Origin: Chloroflexota bacterium
GTDB taxonomy: Bacteria > Chloroflexota > Dehalococcoidia > Lucifugimonadales > UBA3495
Reading direction: 5' to 3'
NCBI GenBank assembly: GCA_027623675.1
Contig: JAQBVF010000006.1
Span: 32,001-96,000 of the forward strand
Length of the DNA stretch: 64,000 nucleotides
The translations under genes and the position numbers were made by a program. Position 1 is the stretch's first letter; the number at the start of each line of letters is the position of its first letter. The notes below the pieces were generated by a model that saw only the letters and a list, made by a program, of their open reading frames with translations, ran no database searches and was not told the DNA's origin. Positions 1 to 9,697 of this stretch are shown here, piece after piece.

Positions 1-1023
1 CTGCCGGTCCAGGCAGACCAATTTGCAGCCGGAACGGAACCCGGGGTCCAGGGCCAGGACGTTTTTCTGCCCCAGGGCGGGGGCCAGCAGCAGCTCCCGA
101 AGGTTATCGGCGAACACTTTTATGGCGGCGTTCTCGGCTCGAACCCGGGCCTCCTTGCGGACCTCCGTTTCCATGGTGGCTTCCAACAGCGGCTTGTAGC
201 GGTCCTGCACCGCCCGACGGACTTCCTGCGAGGCCTCGGTGGTTCCGGTGACGAATATCTGCTCCAGGATGGCCACTGCCGCTACGGTGGGCGGTGCGAT
301 ATGGATGGAGAGCATGGATTCTTTCTCGCCCCGGAGCATGGCGAGGACTCGGTGCGAGGGGACCTTGGCGACCGGTTCCTCCCATTCAAAATAGTCCCGG
401 AATTTTGCTGCTTCCGACTGTTTGCCGGAGACTACCTTGGACGAAAACGTACCCTGCGCCCAGAATAGCTTGCGGATCTCCCGGCGGGCCGTTGTGTCTT
501 CACTGACCCACTCCGCGATGATGTCGCGTGCTCCGCTCAGGGCATCTTGGGTGGTAGCCACCCCGTTGATCGTTCCGGTATTCGAGTCCAGGTACTCGGC
601 AGCAGCCAGCTTGACGTCGAACTCACCCTGGCCCCAGATCAGCAACGCCAACGGTTCCAGGCCTTTTTCCTTGGCGATGGTTGCTCTGGTGCGCCGCTTG
701 GGGCGGTAGGGCAGATAGATATCCTCCAGAGTAGTTAGGGTTTCGGCGGTCATGATCGCCAGTCTGAGTTCCTCGGTCAACATGCCCCGTTTTTCCAGAG
801 AATCCAGGATGACCTTCCGCCGGTCGCGCAGTTCCCGAATCTGCGATAGACGGTCACGGATATTGGTGATTGCCACTTCGTCCAAGCTGGCGGTGTTCTC
901 CTTCCGGTACCGGGCGATGAATGGCACAGTGGCGCCGTCGTCCAGCAGGTTGACGGTGGCCGCCACCTGCCCTTGGGCGAGCCTGAGTTCCTGGGCGATC
1001 TGAGGAATAGCGAGGTCAATCAT
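1..1023 (-). CDS. tex: Tex/YhgF RNA-binding transcriptional accessory protein (5' part; runs off window start)
   Basis: Not in the ORF track. Manual translation from ATG at 1023 gives MIDLAIPQIAQELRLAQGQVAATVNLLDDGATVPFIARYRKE, the Tex N-terminal signature, and later LEDIYLPYRPKRRTRA. Confidence 0.92.
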   Translation of the reverse strand, partial: MIDLAIPQIAQELRLAQGQVAATVNLLDDGATVPFIARYRKENTASLDEVAITNIRDRLSQIRELRDRRKVILDSLEKRGMLTEELRLAIMTAETLTTLEDIYLPYRPKRRTRATIAKEKGLEPLALLIWGQGEFDVKLAAAEYLDSNTGTINGVATTQDALSGARDIIAEWVSEDTTARREIRKLFWAQGTFSSKVVSGKQSEAAKFRDYFEWEEPVAKVPSHRVLAMLRGEKESMLSIHIAPPTVAAVAILEQIFVTGTTEASQEVRRAVQDRYKPLLEATMETEVRKEARVRAENAAIKVFADNLRELLLAPALGQKNVLALDPGFRSGCKLVCLDRQ

Positions 1024-1113
1024 GTTTGTTTGAAATATCCGAGGTGAAGATAAACGATAAAAATAAAGGGTAGAAATGAAAACTGGGGCTTCCGAGAGAG
1101 TCCGTAAGAACGG

Positions 1114-1806
1114 CTAGATACGCTCGGCTATCCAGACGATGTGATGGCCGCCCTTCTTGCCTCGTCCGCGCACCGCGACTTCATCGACGTCGAACCCGGC
1201 CTGGCCCAGCCTCTTGGCGAAACCAGCATCCCGGTCCGACGACCAGATGCCCAGTATGCCGTTCGGCTTGAGGGCGGCGTGGGCGGTCTTAAGTCCGGCT
1301 ATGCTGTAGAGCCAGTCATTGTCCATGGACGTCAGTGCATTCGGCCCGTTGTCAACGTCTAGGAGGATGGCGCTGAAGCTGCCCCGGCCCCGATTGATCA
1401 ACTGGGCAACGTCGACCTCCCGCACCGTGACCCGCTTGTCGTCCAGAGGGTTGCCGGCCAGGTGGGCCAGCACGCCTTGGTTCCACCGCACCACGTCCGG
1501 CACCAGTTCCGCCACGAGAACTTCGGCGGCTTCGCCAAGTTCGTCCAGGGCTGACTTTAGGGTGTAGCCCATGCCCAGGCCGCCGATCAACACGCGCGCA
1601 TCGGACGGATCCTTTAGCTTCTTGCAAGATAGCGTCGCCAAGGCCTGCTCTGAGCCGAAGATACGGCTATTCATCAACTCAAGGTTGTCCACTTGAATGG
1701 CGAACTCCTGGTCTCTCTGGTAAAGGCAGAGTTCGCCTCCATGTCCGGGCGTTTGGGCCTTTCCGATCAATATCCATGGTTTCAAGGTCGACTCACTTTC
1801 CAGCAC
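1114..1806 (-). CDS. Spermidine-synthase-like SAM-dependent methyltransferase
   Basis: VLIGGLGMGYT SAM-binding motif and LLDVDNGP. Confidence 0.8.
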   Translation of the reverse strand: MLESESTLKPWILIGKAQTPGHGGELCLYQRDQEFAIQVDNLELMNSRIFGSEQALATLSCKKLKDPSDARVLIGGLGMGYTLKSALDELGEAAEVLVAELVPDVVRWNQGVLAHLAGNPLDDKRVTVREVDVAQLINRGRGSFSAILLDVDNGPNALTSMDNDWLYSIAGLKTAHAALKPNGILGIWSSDRDAGFAKRLGQAGFDVDEVAVRGRGKKGGHHIVWIAERI

Positions 1807-2022
1807 CCGCCGCGGGGTAAGGACTTGCGATCAATTAAGGGCTTTCAGTCTATTATATGTTGTTATCTTACGGTCTCCGGAAAACCTGCTGTGCGTGATT
1901 CGATGGCCAAAGTGGGCGGAAACGAACAAGGGCGTTGTGACGCACAGGGGACGCCCGTTCTCATTTCGGTTTTCGGTTGCAGACGATCTATTCGCCTTCC
2001 GGATGCACGGTCCCGGCGCCGG

Positions 2023-4620
2023 TCAGGCCGCCGTGCTGGCTTCGTCCATGAAGCGGGCGACCTGGGCGGCGATGGCGGCGTGTTCCGGCGCTCCCAACTC
2101 CGGGTCCTCTTCGATCAGCCGCGACGCTTCGGTCCGGGCTAGTTCCAACAATTCCCGGTCCGAGATGTGTGCCATTCGCAGATTCGGAAGGCCGCTTTGC
2201 CGCGTGCCGAAGAAATCGCCGGGCCCTCGCAGTTCCAGGTCGACCTCGGCCAGTTGGAACCCGTTGTGGATGCGTTCCAGGGCCGAGAGGCGCTCGCGGG
2301 CGTTCTCAGACGTGGAGTCCGATAGCAGCATGCAGTAGCTCTTGTGCTCGCCCCGGCCAACGCGGCCCCGGAACTGGTGTAGCTGGGCCAGGCCAAAGCG
2401 GTCCGCCCCGTCAATGAGCATGACCGTGGCGTTGGCGACGTCGATGCCGACTTCCACCACCGGAGTGGTCACCAAGATGTCCGATTCGCCGTCGCGGAAT
2501 TGGCGCATGATCTTGTCTTTGTCTTTGGGGGGCATTCGGCCATGGAGCAGACCCAGCGACAGGTCGGGAAAGACCTGTTCCGAGAGGCGCTGGTATTCCT
2601 CCGTCGCCGCCTTGGCCTCGATGGTCTCGGACTCGTCGACCAGCGGGCAGACCACGAACGCCTGTCTTCCCCCCTCAACCTGCTTGCGGATGAAGCCGTA
2701 GGCCGTGGGCCTTTGCTCCGGGTCAAGCCACTTGGTTTGTACCTCCTGGCGCCCGGCGGGCATCTCGTCAATGGTGGATATGTCCAGGTCGCCGAACACG
2801 GTGAGGGACAACGTCCTGGGTATGGGAGTGGCTGACATGATCAGGGTGTGGGGGTTCTCCTGGCCCCGTTCCTGGAGTGCCGAGCGTTGGTTCACACCGA
2901 ACCGGTGCTGTTCGTCGGCCACCGCCAGAGCCAGCTTGGGCATGGAGACACCGTCTTGGATCAGGGCCTGGGTGCCCACCAGGATATCAAGGGTTCCGTC
3001 GGCGGCCATCTTGGTCAATTCACGCCGCACCGGCGCCCGGGAACTTCCGGTCAGCAAGCCGATGGATACCGGCCGGTCCATATGTTCCAAGTAGACCGAG
3101 ATCAGGTGCGGCTCTTGCACCGGCCGCGCCATGCCGCTTAGCAGGTTTCCGAAGCTCTGAAAATGCTGCTCGGCCAGGACCTCGGTGGGGACCATCATGG
3201 CGGCTTGGCGTCCGGCAGTCGCCACCGACAGCAAGGCCGATAGGGCGACGACCGTCTTACCGCTGCCCACCTCGCCCTGCAGCAGCCGGCTCATGGGCGG
3301 CGTGCCCCGGACCAGGTCCGCTTCGATCTCCTGGATGCAGCGGCGCTGGGCCTTGGTGAGGGGGAAGGGCAGGGCGTTGTAGAACCCGTCAATGACCCTC
3401 GCCGGAGGGTGAATCTCAACGCCTGCGACGTTGTCGCGCTGCTTCCTGCGTCGGGACAACACGGCCAGTTGGAGCGTGAACAGTTCGTCGAATGCCAGCC
3501 GCCGGCGGGCGCGTTCCCAGGTCTCCATGTCTTTTGGATAATGGCCCTGGGACACTGCTTCCAGCAGGGGCATCAACCGCGTCCGCTCGAGTATGTCGTC
3601 GGGGAGAAGCTCCTCTAGTCCGCCCAGCCAGTTCTGGACCGCCTGCCAGGTAAGACGGCGCATGTTGCGGCGGGTCAGGCCCTCGGTTAGGGGGTAGATG
3701 GGCACCAACCGTCCGGTGTGGACCCCCGATCCTGCCGCGTCCAGCATCTCATACTCGGGGTTCTCGAAGACCAGTTGGCCACGGAAGACCGTCGCCTTGC
3801 CACTGATGGCGATGCGGCTGCCTGGCTTGAGCGTCCGCGCCAGATACCGTTGGCCGAACCAGATGGCGCGAAGGTTGCCACTGTCGTCGCTCAGTATTGC
3901 TTCGGTGTCGCGCCGGCCGCCTTTGGGACCCTTGGCGACTTCCCTGGCTTCCCAGACCGTGGCCACCACCGTGCACTCCTCACCCACATTCAGGTCGGCG
4001 ATCCTGACCGCGGTGGAGAAGTCTTCATGCCGCCGGGGAAAGAGATAGAGCAGGTCGCGGATGGTTTCAACGTCCAACCGTTTGAACCGGGCGGTCATCT
4101 TGGTGTCCACCCCGCGCAAACGGTCCACGGGGGCGTCGACCGTGATATCGCCAGGCGGGGCCTTGTAGCTGGGGGGCTTGGCCGTTACCGGTTTCTTCGC
4201 ACCTGTCTTATTGGCCGCTGGCTTGGAAGGTGGCTCGGAAGGTGGCTCAGAAGGTGGCTCAGAAGGTGGACCGGAAGTCGCACCGGCAATATTACGCTTG
4301 GAGGCGGGCGCCTTCTTGGATGCAGCCCTTGGCGGCGGCCGCTTGATTGGGCTTTCGGGCGAGGGATCAAGGGCCTCGCGCCACTGGGCGACCCACCTAG
4401 CCCGTACCTTGGCGGACATGGAGTCGTAGGACTCCTTGAGCAGAAACGCTTCGTCGCCGGCGGCAACGGCCGGAGCGGCCATCTCCTCGCTCCAACGGGC
4501 GACGAACTTGTCCAAGCCGCCCATCACTGCCTTGCCGTCGAAGCCGTGGGCCTCTTCGATGGCCAGGATCTTTCGGAAAGCGTCGGCCCAGGCAGGAGCG
4601 TTTGACTTTGGCGATGCCAT
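2023..4620 (-). CDS. recG: ATP-dependent DNA helicase RecG with N-terminal extension
   Basis: LLQGEVGSGKT, DEQHRFG, MSATPIPRTL, QLHQFRGRVGRG, DLELRGPG. Confidence 0.97.
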   Translation of the reverse strand: MASPKSNAPAWADAFRKILAIEEAHGFDGKAVMGGLDKFVARWSEEMAAPAVAAGDEAFLLKESYDSMSAKVRARWVAQWREALDPSPESPIKRPPPRAASKKAPASKRNIAGATSGPPSEPPSEPPSEPPSKPAANKTGAKKPVTAKPPSYKAPPGDITVDAPVDRLRGVDTKMTARFKRLDVETIRDLLYLFPRRHEDFSTAVRIADLNVGEECTVVATVWEAREVAKGPKGGRRDTEAILSDDSGNLRAIWFGQRYLARTLKPGSRIAISGKATVFRGQLVFENPEYEMLDAAGSGVHTGRLVPIYPLTEGLTRRNMRRLTWQAVQNWLGGLEELLPDDILERTRLMPLLEAVSQGHYPKDMETWERARRRLAFDELFTLQLAVLSRRRKQRDNVAGVEIHPPARVIDGFYNALPFPLTKAQRRCIQEIEADLVRGTPPMSRLLQGEVGSGKTVVALSALLSVATAGRQAAMMVPTEVLAEQHFQSFGNLLSGMARPVQEPHLISVYLEHMDRPVSIGLLTGSSRAPVRRELTKMAADGTLDILVGTQALIQDGVSMPKLALAVADEQHRFGVNQRSALQERGQENPHTLIMSATPIPRTLSLTVFGDLDISTIDEMPAGRQEVQTKWLDPEQRPTAYGFIRKQVEGGRQAFVVCPLVDESETIEAKAATEEYQRLSEQVFPDLSLGLLHGRMPPKDKDKIMRQFRDGESDILVTTPVVEVGIDVANATVMLIDGADRFGLAQLHQFRGRVGRGEHKSYCMLLSDSTSENARERLSALERIHNGFQLAEVDLELRGPGDFFGTRQSGLPNLRMAHISDRELLELARTEASRLIEEDPELGAPEHAAIAAQVARFMDEASTAA
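4225..4270. repeat. 12-bp tandem repeat (about 3.8 copies) encoding PPSE in the RecG linker
   Basis: (g/a)gaaggtggctc x3 plus a partial copy. Confidence 0.9.
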
Positions 4621-4731
4621 CAGTCGGTTACCCTAGGGTCCATTCGAGGTGGAGTTGTTCTTTCAATCATTCTCGCTGGGTGTTGAATCGTCAATGATTG
4701 GATGACATAACTTGGGTGAACCCCGGTTAAC

Positions 4732-5574
4732 TCACCGGGTGACGGCCACGCCCAAAGCGTCTGGTCCGATGTAGGTGCCCAGAGTGGAGCCGAAGCGGGC
4801 CTCGATTATCTGGTCGGCGGGCAGGAGGTCCGTCAATTCCTGTTTCAGGGCCAACATTCGGGCTTGGTCGGTGCTGTAGATCACGGCCAATCGGCGCACC
4901 GGGGCCAGGTCGTGGGTCAACTCGACCAAGCGCCGCATGGCCCGGTCCCGGTTCCGGGGCCGCTCCACCGGGTGGGCCTCGCCGTCTTGCAGCTTCAGTA
5001 TGGGCTTCACGCTCAGGATCGAGCCCATGAAGGCCCGGGCCTTGCCGATGCGGCCCCCTTTTTGGAGGTACTCCAGCGTATCCAGCGCGAAATACCCGTG
5101 ATGGGACCCCCGTCCCTGTCTGATTGCCCCGGCTACTTGTATGTAGTCCCCACCCTCGGCAACCATCGCCGCAGCGTCAAGGACCATCAATCCCAACGGG
5201 ATGGAAGCTAATTGGGAGTCGATGATCTCGACGGGCGGGCCGTCCCCACCGTCCCGCAGCGACGCCTTGGCCTGCTCGGCGGAGTTCAAGGTGCCGCTCA
5301 GCTTGGCCGAAACGTGGATCGAGATCACCTGGTCGCCCTGCTCGGTCAGGTCCCGGTAAACCTGCTGAAAATCGGCCACGGTGGGTTGGGCGGTCGTCGG
5401 CGTCCGCCCGTCTGCTTGGAGGCGGCAATAGAAGTCATCGGGCTGAATCTCCAGGCCGTCCTTGAAAGTCTGATCGTCCACCACCACATAACAGGGCAAG
5501 ACCGTGATCTGATGCTTCTGGACCAGGTCCGCAGGCAGGTCAGCCGAGCTATCGGTAACTATTCGTATCGTCAT
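4732..5574 (-). CDS. DegV family fatty-acid-binding protein (FakB-like)
   Basis: IVTDSSADL, SAKLSGT, YLQKGGRIG, SVKPIL. Confidence 0.95.
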   Translation of the reverse strand: MTIRIVTDSSADLPADLVQKHQITVLPCYVVVDDQTFKDGLEIQPDDFYCRLQADGRTPTTAQPTVADFQQVYRDLTEQGDQVISIHVSAKLSGTLNSAEQAKASLRDGGDGPPVEIIDSQLASIPLGLMVLDAAAMVAEGGDYIQVAGAIRQGRGSHHGYFALDTLEYLQKGGRIGKARAFMGSILSVKPILKLQDGEAHPVERPRNRDRAMRRLVELTHDLAPVRRLAVIYSTDQARMLALKQELTDLLPADQIIEARFGSTLGTYIGPDALGVAVTR

Positions 5575-5683
5575 GCGCCTCTGGTGCGGTAGCGTTTTGA
5601 TTCGCGTTTAACCGGGTGGATCCTGGGTGATTTTCGGATGATTCCCCGGTAGTTCCCGAGTAATTTCCGCGTGGTTCTTGGAG

Positions 5684-7312
5684 TTACTCGACCGAGGCCA
5701 AGTATCGGGAATTGGGCTGTCCTCCGTCAATCAGGTCCACCTGGATCCCAGGGAACTCATTTGCCAATGCCTCGGCGGTTGACCGGGCACCGCCGGCGTC
5801 GCTCCCAGCGCCCAAGTATATGGTAACGATGGCATCGGAGCTAAGGCCGGCCCGGTCCAGGCAAGTCCGGAGCGCGGACTCCGGGTTATCCGACGCGGTG
5901 ATCAATTCATCTTCCAGGATCCCGATGAACTGCCCTTCAGCGACCGCCACGCCGCCGATGGTGACGCCCCGGACGGCCCTGGTGATTTCCACCGAGGCAA
6001 CGTCTGCCAGGGCGGCGGTCATGGCTTGGACGTTCCCTTGCCAGGAGCCTTCGGGGTTGAACGCCAGGAGCGCGGCCACGCCTTGGGGGATATTCTTGGT
6101 TGGGACCACGTGGATGAATCTATCGGCCGCCGCTGCCTGTTCCGCCGCCAAGACCACATTGGCATTATTTGGCAGCACGATCACGTCCGTGGCGCCGGCC
6201 CTCCGGGCGGCGTCTAATATCTGTTGGACGCTGGGATTCATGGTCGAGCCGCCCTCGATAACGGCGGCGCAGCCCGACTCGCGGAACATGTGGGCCAGCC
6301 CTTCTCCGGCCACCACCGGCAACAATGCCAGCGACGCCGGCTCCCGGTGACCGGCCGGTACGTGGCCTCCCGAGGCAAAGGTCTGGTTCTGCCGGTCCAT
6401 ATCTTCGATCTTGATCTCGGAAAGCATGCCAAGAGCCCCCGCGTAGGTCAGCGCTGGGCCGGTGTCTTCAACGTGGATATGGACGCGCACGTTCTCGCGG
6501 TCTCCCACCACGGCGGTGGAAAGTGCGGTCTTCATGAAATGGCCGCGGACCAGGTCCGGGTCCAGGTCCTGCCCGCTGATGATGAACTGGGTGCAGAAAC
6601 CCCATTCCTGCTGCAGCGTCGCTTCCAGGAATCCAGCCTGTATCGGACCGGCGCCTTTGCCGGCGGCTTGGAAACGGGACAGGTCCAGGTCGAGAGGCAC
6701 CCCGGAAAGGGACTGGAGAACGCCGCCTAGCAGCACAACCATACCCAGTCCGCCGGCGTCCACCACGCCAGCCTCCCTGAGCACCGGCAGTTGCTGGGGC
6801 GTGCGGTCCAACGCGTCCCGAGACGCCTGGAACGCGGTCTGCCACAGGCCAAGAATGTCTTTGCCGGAGCCTTGGACGGCCTCCGACGCCATCCGAATCA
6901 CGGTGAGCATGGTGCCCTCCACCGGGTCGCCCACCGACTTGTAGGCTGCATCCGACGCCAGCCCAAAGGCCAGAACCAGGTCCGCGGGGGCAAGCGCGTC
7001 CTTGCCCGCGAGGGCATCGGCGAAGCCCTTGAAGAACTGGGAGAGGATCACGCCGCTATTGCCCCGGGCCCCGAAGAAGGCGCCGTGGGCCAGGGCGGCG
7101 GAGACTGCGGAAATCGGATAGTCACGGCCGTCGGGGCATGACTCGGCCACCGATCGCACCGCCGCCCGCATCGTCAGGAGCATGTTGGTTCCGGTGTCGC
7201 CGTCGGGCACGGGAAACACGTTCAAGCTGTTGACCGTGTCGCGGTACTGTTCCAGGCACGCCGTGGCCGCTGCAAAGGCCTGTTTGAGGGCGTGACCCCG
7301 TGTCTGGTCCAT
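5684..7312 (-). CDS. DAK2-domain fatty acid kinase (FakA/YloV-like)
   Basis: LNVFPVPDGDTGTNM, GARGNSGVILSQ, GVVDAGG; adjacent to degV and recG. Confidence 0.93.
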   Translation of the reverse strand: MDQTRGHALKQAFAAATACLEQYRDTVNSLNVFPVPDGDTGTNMLLTMRAAVRSVAESCPDGRDYPISAVSAALAHGAFFGARGNSGVILSQFFKGFADALAGKDALAPADLVLAFGLASDAAYKSVGDPVEGTMLTVIRMASEAVQGSGKDILGLWQTAFQASRDALDRTPQQLPVLREAGVVDAGGLGMVVLLGGVLQSLSGVPLDLDLSRFQAAGKGAGPIQAGFLEATLQQEWGFCTQFIISGQDLDPDLVRGHFMKTALSTAVVGDRENVRVHIHVEDTGPALTYAGALGMLSEIKIEDMDRQNQTFASGGHVPAGHREPASLALLPVVAGEGLAHMFRESGCAAVIEGGSTMNPSVQQILDAARRAGATDVIVLPNNANVVLAAEQAAAADRFIHVVPTKNIPQGVAALLAFNPEGSWQGNVQAMTAALADVASVEITRAVRGVTIGGVAVAEGQFIGILEDELITASDNPESALRTCLDRAGLSSDAIVTIYLGAGSDAGGARSTAEALANEFPGIQVDLIDGGQPNSRYLASVE

Positions 7313-7507
7313 ACTTAACTCTTAACTCGTCATCGAACTTGTCATCCGAGTGGTTCTGGTGTCAGAGATGGAGATGTGCATCTGAAACTTTCGGGGCAAT
7401 TATGCCACGTTAGCCACGGTGAAATCGAGGAAATTGACTCCGATCGGGGTTGAATCTTGGGGCCAGCGGGGATGGAATCAGATAGGCGGGATTGGGCACG
7501 AAATTCC

Positions 7508-7536
7508 TTGACAGGTGATTTGGCCTCCCGTATTAT
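7508..7536 (+). promoter_or_regulatory. sigma70-type promoter of rplU-rpmA
   Basis: TTGACA-17 nt-TATTAT. Confidence 0.7.
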
Positions 7537-7554
7537 TAGCGGTTGAGGGATTAT

Positions 7555-7950
7555 ATGGATTACGCAGTATTTAAAACAGGCGGAAAGCAGTACCGGGTCA
7601 AGCCCGGCGACACCCTTGATGTCGAGCTTCTACCTAATGAGATTGACTCAGTAGCTGAGTTCGGCGAAGTGCTGGCCCTGTCCGACGGCGGCGAAGTAAC
7701 CATCGGCGCTCCCACCGTGACCGGCGCCAAGGTGACGGCCCGTGTACTTTCCCATTATAAAGACCGCAAACTGATGGTCTTTAAGTACAAGGCCAAGACT
7801 CGCTACCGCAGAAAGCGCGGCCACCGCCAGACCTACACCCGGCTGCGGATTCAGGACATCGAACTCAATACGTCCAGCGCCCGTGCGCCCAGGCGCAGAG
7901 CCACCACTGCGGCAGCGGCGGGCTCCGATGGCGGAGAGGGGAACAACTAA
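7555..7950 (+). CDS. rplU: 50S ribosomal protein L21
   Basis: [13 protein letters not shown]...GHRQTYT; ATG at 7555 after GAGGG. Confidence 0.97.
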   Translation: MDYAVFKTGGKQYRVKPGDTLDVELLPNEIDSVAEFGEVLALSDGGEVTIGAPTVTGAKVTARVLSHYKDRKLMVFKYKAKTRYRRKRGHRQTYTRLRIQDIELNTSSARAPRRRATTAAAAGSDGGEGNN

Positions 7951-8213
7951 TGGCCCATAAGAAAGCCGGCGGCAGCACAAGCAACGGCCGAGACAGTAAT
8001 TCAAAGCGGCTCGGCGTGAAGAAGTACGGTGGAGAGTCCGTGACCAGCGGCTCGATCATCGTTCGGCAGCGCGGGACCCGCATCAAGCCCGGCAACAACG
8101 TGGGCCTGGGCAAGGACTACACCATCTTTGCCGTGGTAGATGGTCAGGTGAAATTTGAGTGGGCCGCCAAGGGCCGACGACGGGTTAGCGTTTACCCCGT
8201 CGAAGCTGCGTAA
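7950..8213 (+). CDS. rpmA: 50S ribosomal protein L27
   Basis: [24 protein letters not shown]. Confidence 0.98.
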   Translation: MAHKKAGGSTSNGRDSNSKRLGVKKYGGESVTSGSIIVRQRGTRIKPGNNVGLGKDYTIFAVVDGQVKFEWAAKGRRRVSVYPVEAA

Positions 8214-8302
8214 GTACAGCATCCAACAAGAGCGATCGAGACAACCCGTAAGCCGCCTAAACAGGGCGGCTTCCCAACCATTAAGATAATTCGGTAAAAG
8301 AT

Positions 8303-8503
8303 ATGAAGACAGCGATTCACCCTTATTTCTACAACGCCACGGTGACGTGTTCCTGTGGGCACGTTTTCAACACCGGCGCGACCAAGCCGGCGCTGCGTGT
8401 TGAGGTGTGCAGCAGTTGCCACCCCTTCTACACCGGCGAACAGCGTGTCGTTGACACCCAGGGCCGCATCGAGCGGATGCGCCGCCGCTACAAGTTGAGC
8501 TAA
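8303..8503 (+). CDS. rpmE: 50S ribosomal protein L31 (Zn-binding type)
   Basis: MKTAIHPY...CSCG...CSSCHPFYTG. Confidence 0.97.
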   Translation: MKTAIHPYFYNATVTCSCGHVFNTGATKPALRVEVCSSCHPFYTGEQRVVDTQGRIERMRRRYKLS

Positions 8504-8591
8504 GTCCGGTTGCTAAAGCGGGGCAGCGCACCCGGCGCAGCCCTTCCCAATCGGATGGACCAACCTGGCACAACGAAAATGAACCGACGAG

Positions 8592-8623
8592 ATCGAGGGC
8601 GCCAAGCCCTCGATTTTCTATTT
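8592..8623 (+). terminator. Probable intrinsic terminator after rpmE
   Basis: atcgagggc-gccaa-gccctcgat followed by a T-rich tail. Confidence 0.55.
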
Positions 8624-8685
8624 CCGGGGCACGTAATCTAGTCTTTAAGGAGCGCTCAACCGCCTGAGACCTGGCCGGCGGTTCT

Positions 8686-9690
8686 GTGCTTAGAGGCCCG
8701 AATTTGGCAAACCAACCCAAACAGATATACGGCGGACAGGCCGTCATAGAAGGCGTGATGATTCGCGGCCGGGACAACTTCGGCCTGGCGGTGCGCCGCG
8801 AGGACGGGTCCATCGAGTTGCACCAGGAGGCCCTCAGCTCCCTCTATAATGGCCGTCCCAGGCGTTGGCCCCTTCTGAGAGGGTTCCTGACGCTGGTCGA
8901 AACCATGGTGCTGGGTATCAAGGCCCTGCAACTTTCCGCGAACATGGCCGCCGTCGACCGGTCGGAAGACGACGAGGAGGAAGGCATCCCCGGCTGGGTG
9001 ATGGCCTCCACCCTGGGCATCTCACTGGTGTTCGGAATCGGTCTATTCTTCATCACACCCCTGGTCATCGCCTGGCTCCTGAATCCGGTGCTGAACTCCG
9101 ACTTGCTCAGCGAGATCGTCGAAGGTGTGATTCGTTTGGTGTTCCTGTTGGCCTACATCTCGGCCATCAGCATGCTAAAGGACGTGAAACGGGTCTTCGC
9201 CTACCACGGTGCGGAACACATGACGGTGCACGCCTACGAGGCCGACCTCCCCCTGACCGTGGAGAATGTGCGTAAGTTCGGCACCCCGCACCCCCGCTGC
9301 GGCACAGCCTTTCTGCTGACGGTGGTCGTGGTCTCGGTGGTGGTGTTTGCGCTGCTGTTGGGACCGCCCCTGGAATGGCGGATAGCCTCGCGCATCCTGC
9401 TATTGCCGGTGATTGCCGCGGTTAGCTACGAGTTCATCCGGTTCAGCGGACTGCATGCGGACTCGTGGTTCGGGAAGATGGTCGCCAAGCCCGGGCTGTG
9501 GCTGCAGAAATTGACCACCAGACAACCCGACGACTCGCAGATAGAGGTGGCGATTCACGCCATGCAGACCGCCATCGCCGCGGACCGGGGCGAGACGGTG
9601 CCCCGGCGTATACCGGCGTCGGTGGCGACGATCGCTGTCAAGGCAGACTCGCCGCCCGAAACGAATGTAGCTCCGGGCGACGCCGCCTAG
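8686..9690 (+). CDS. DUF1385 membrane protein (YqhQ-like)
   Basis: GGQAVIEGVMIR, YHGAEH, HPRCGTAF, LQKLTTRQP; usual position after rpmE. Confidence 0.92.
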   Translation: MLRGPNLANQPKQIYGGQAVIEGVMIRGRDNFGLAVRREDGSIELHQEALSSLYNGRPRRWPLLRGFLTLVETMVLGIKALQLSANMAAVDRSEDDEEEGIPGWVMASTLGISLVFGIGLFFITPLVIAWLLNPVLNSDLLSEIVEGVIRLVFLLAYISAISMLKDVKRVFAYHGAEHMTVHAYEADLPLTVENVRKFGTPHPRCGTAFLLTVVVVSVVVFALLLGPPLEWRIASRILLLPVIAAVSYEFIRFSGLHADSWFGKMVAKPGLWLQKLTTRQPDDSQIEVAIHAMQTAIAADRGETVPRRIPASVATIAVKADSPPETNVAPGDAA

Positions 9691-9697
9691 ATAAAGA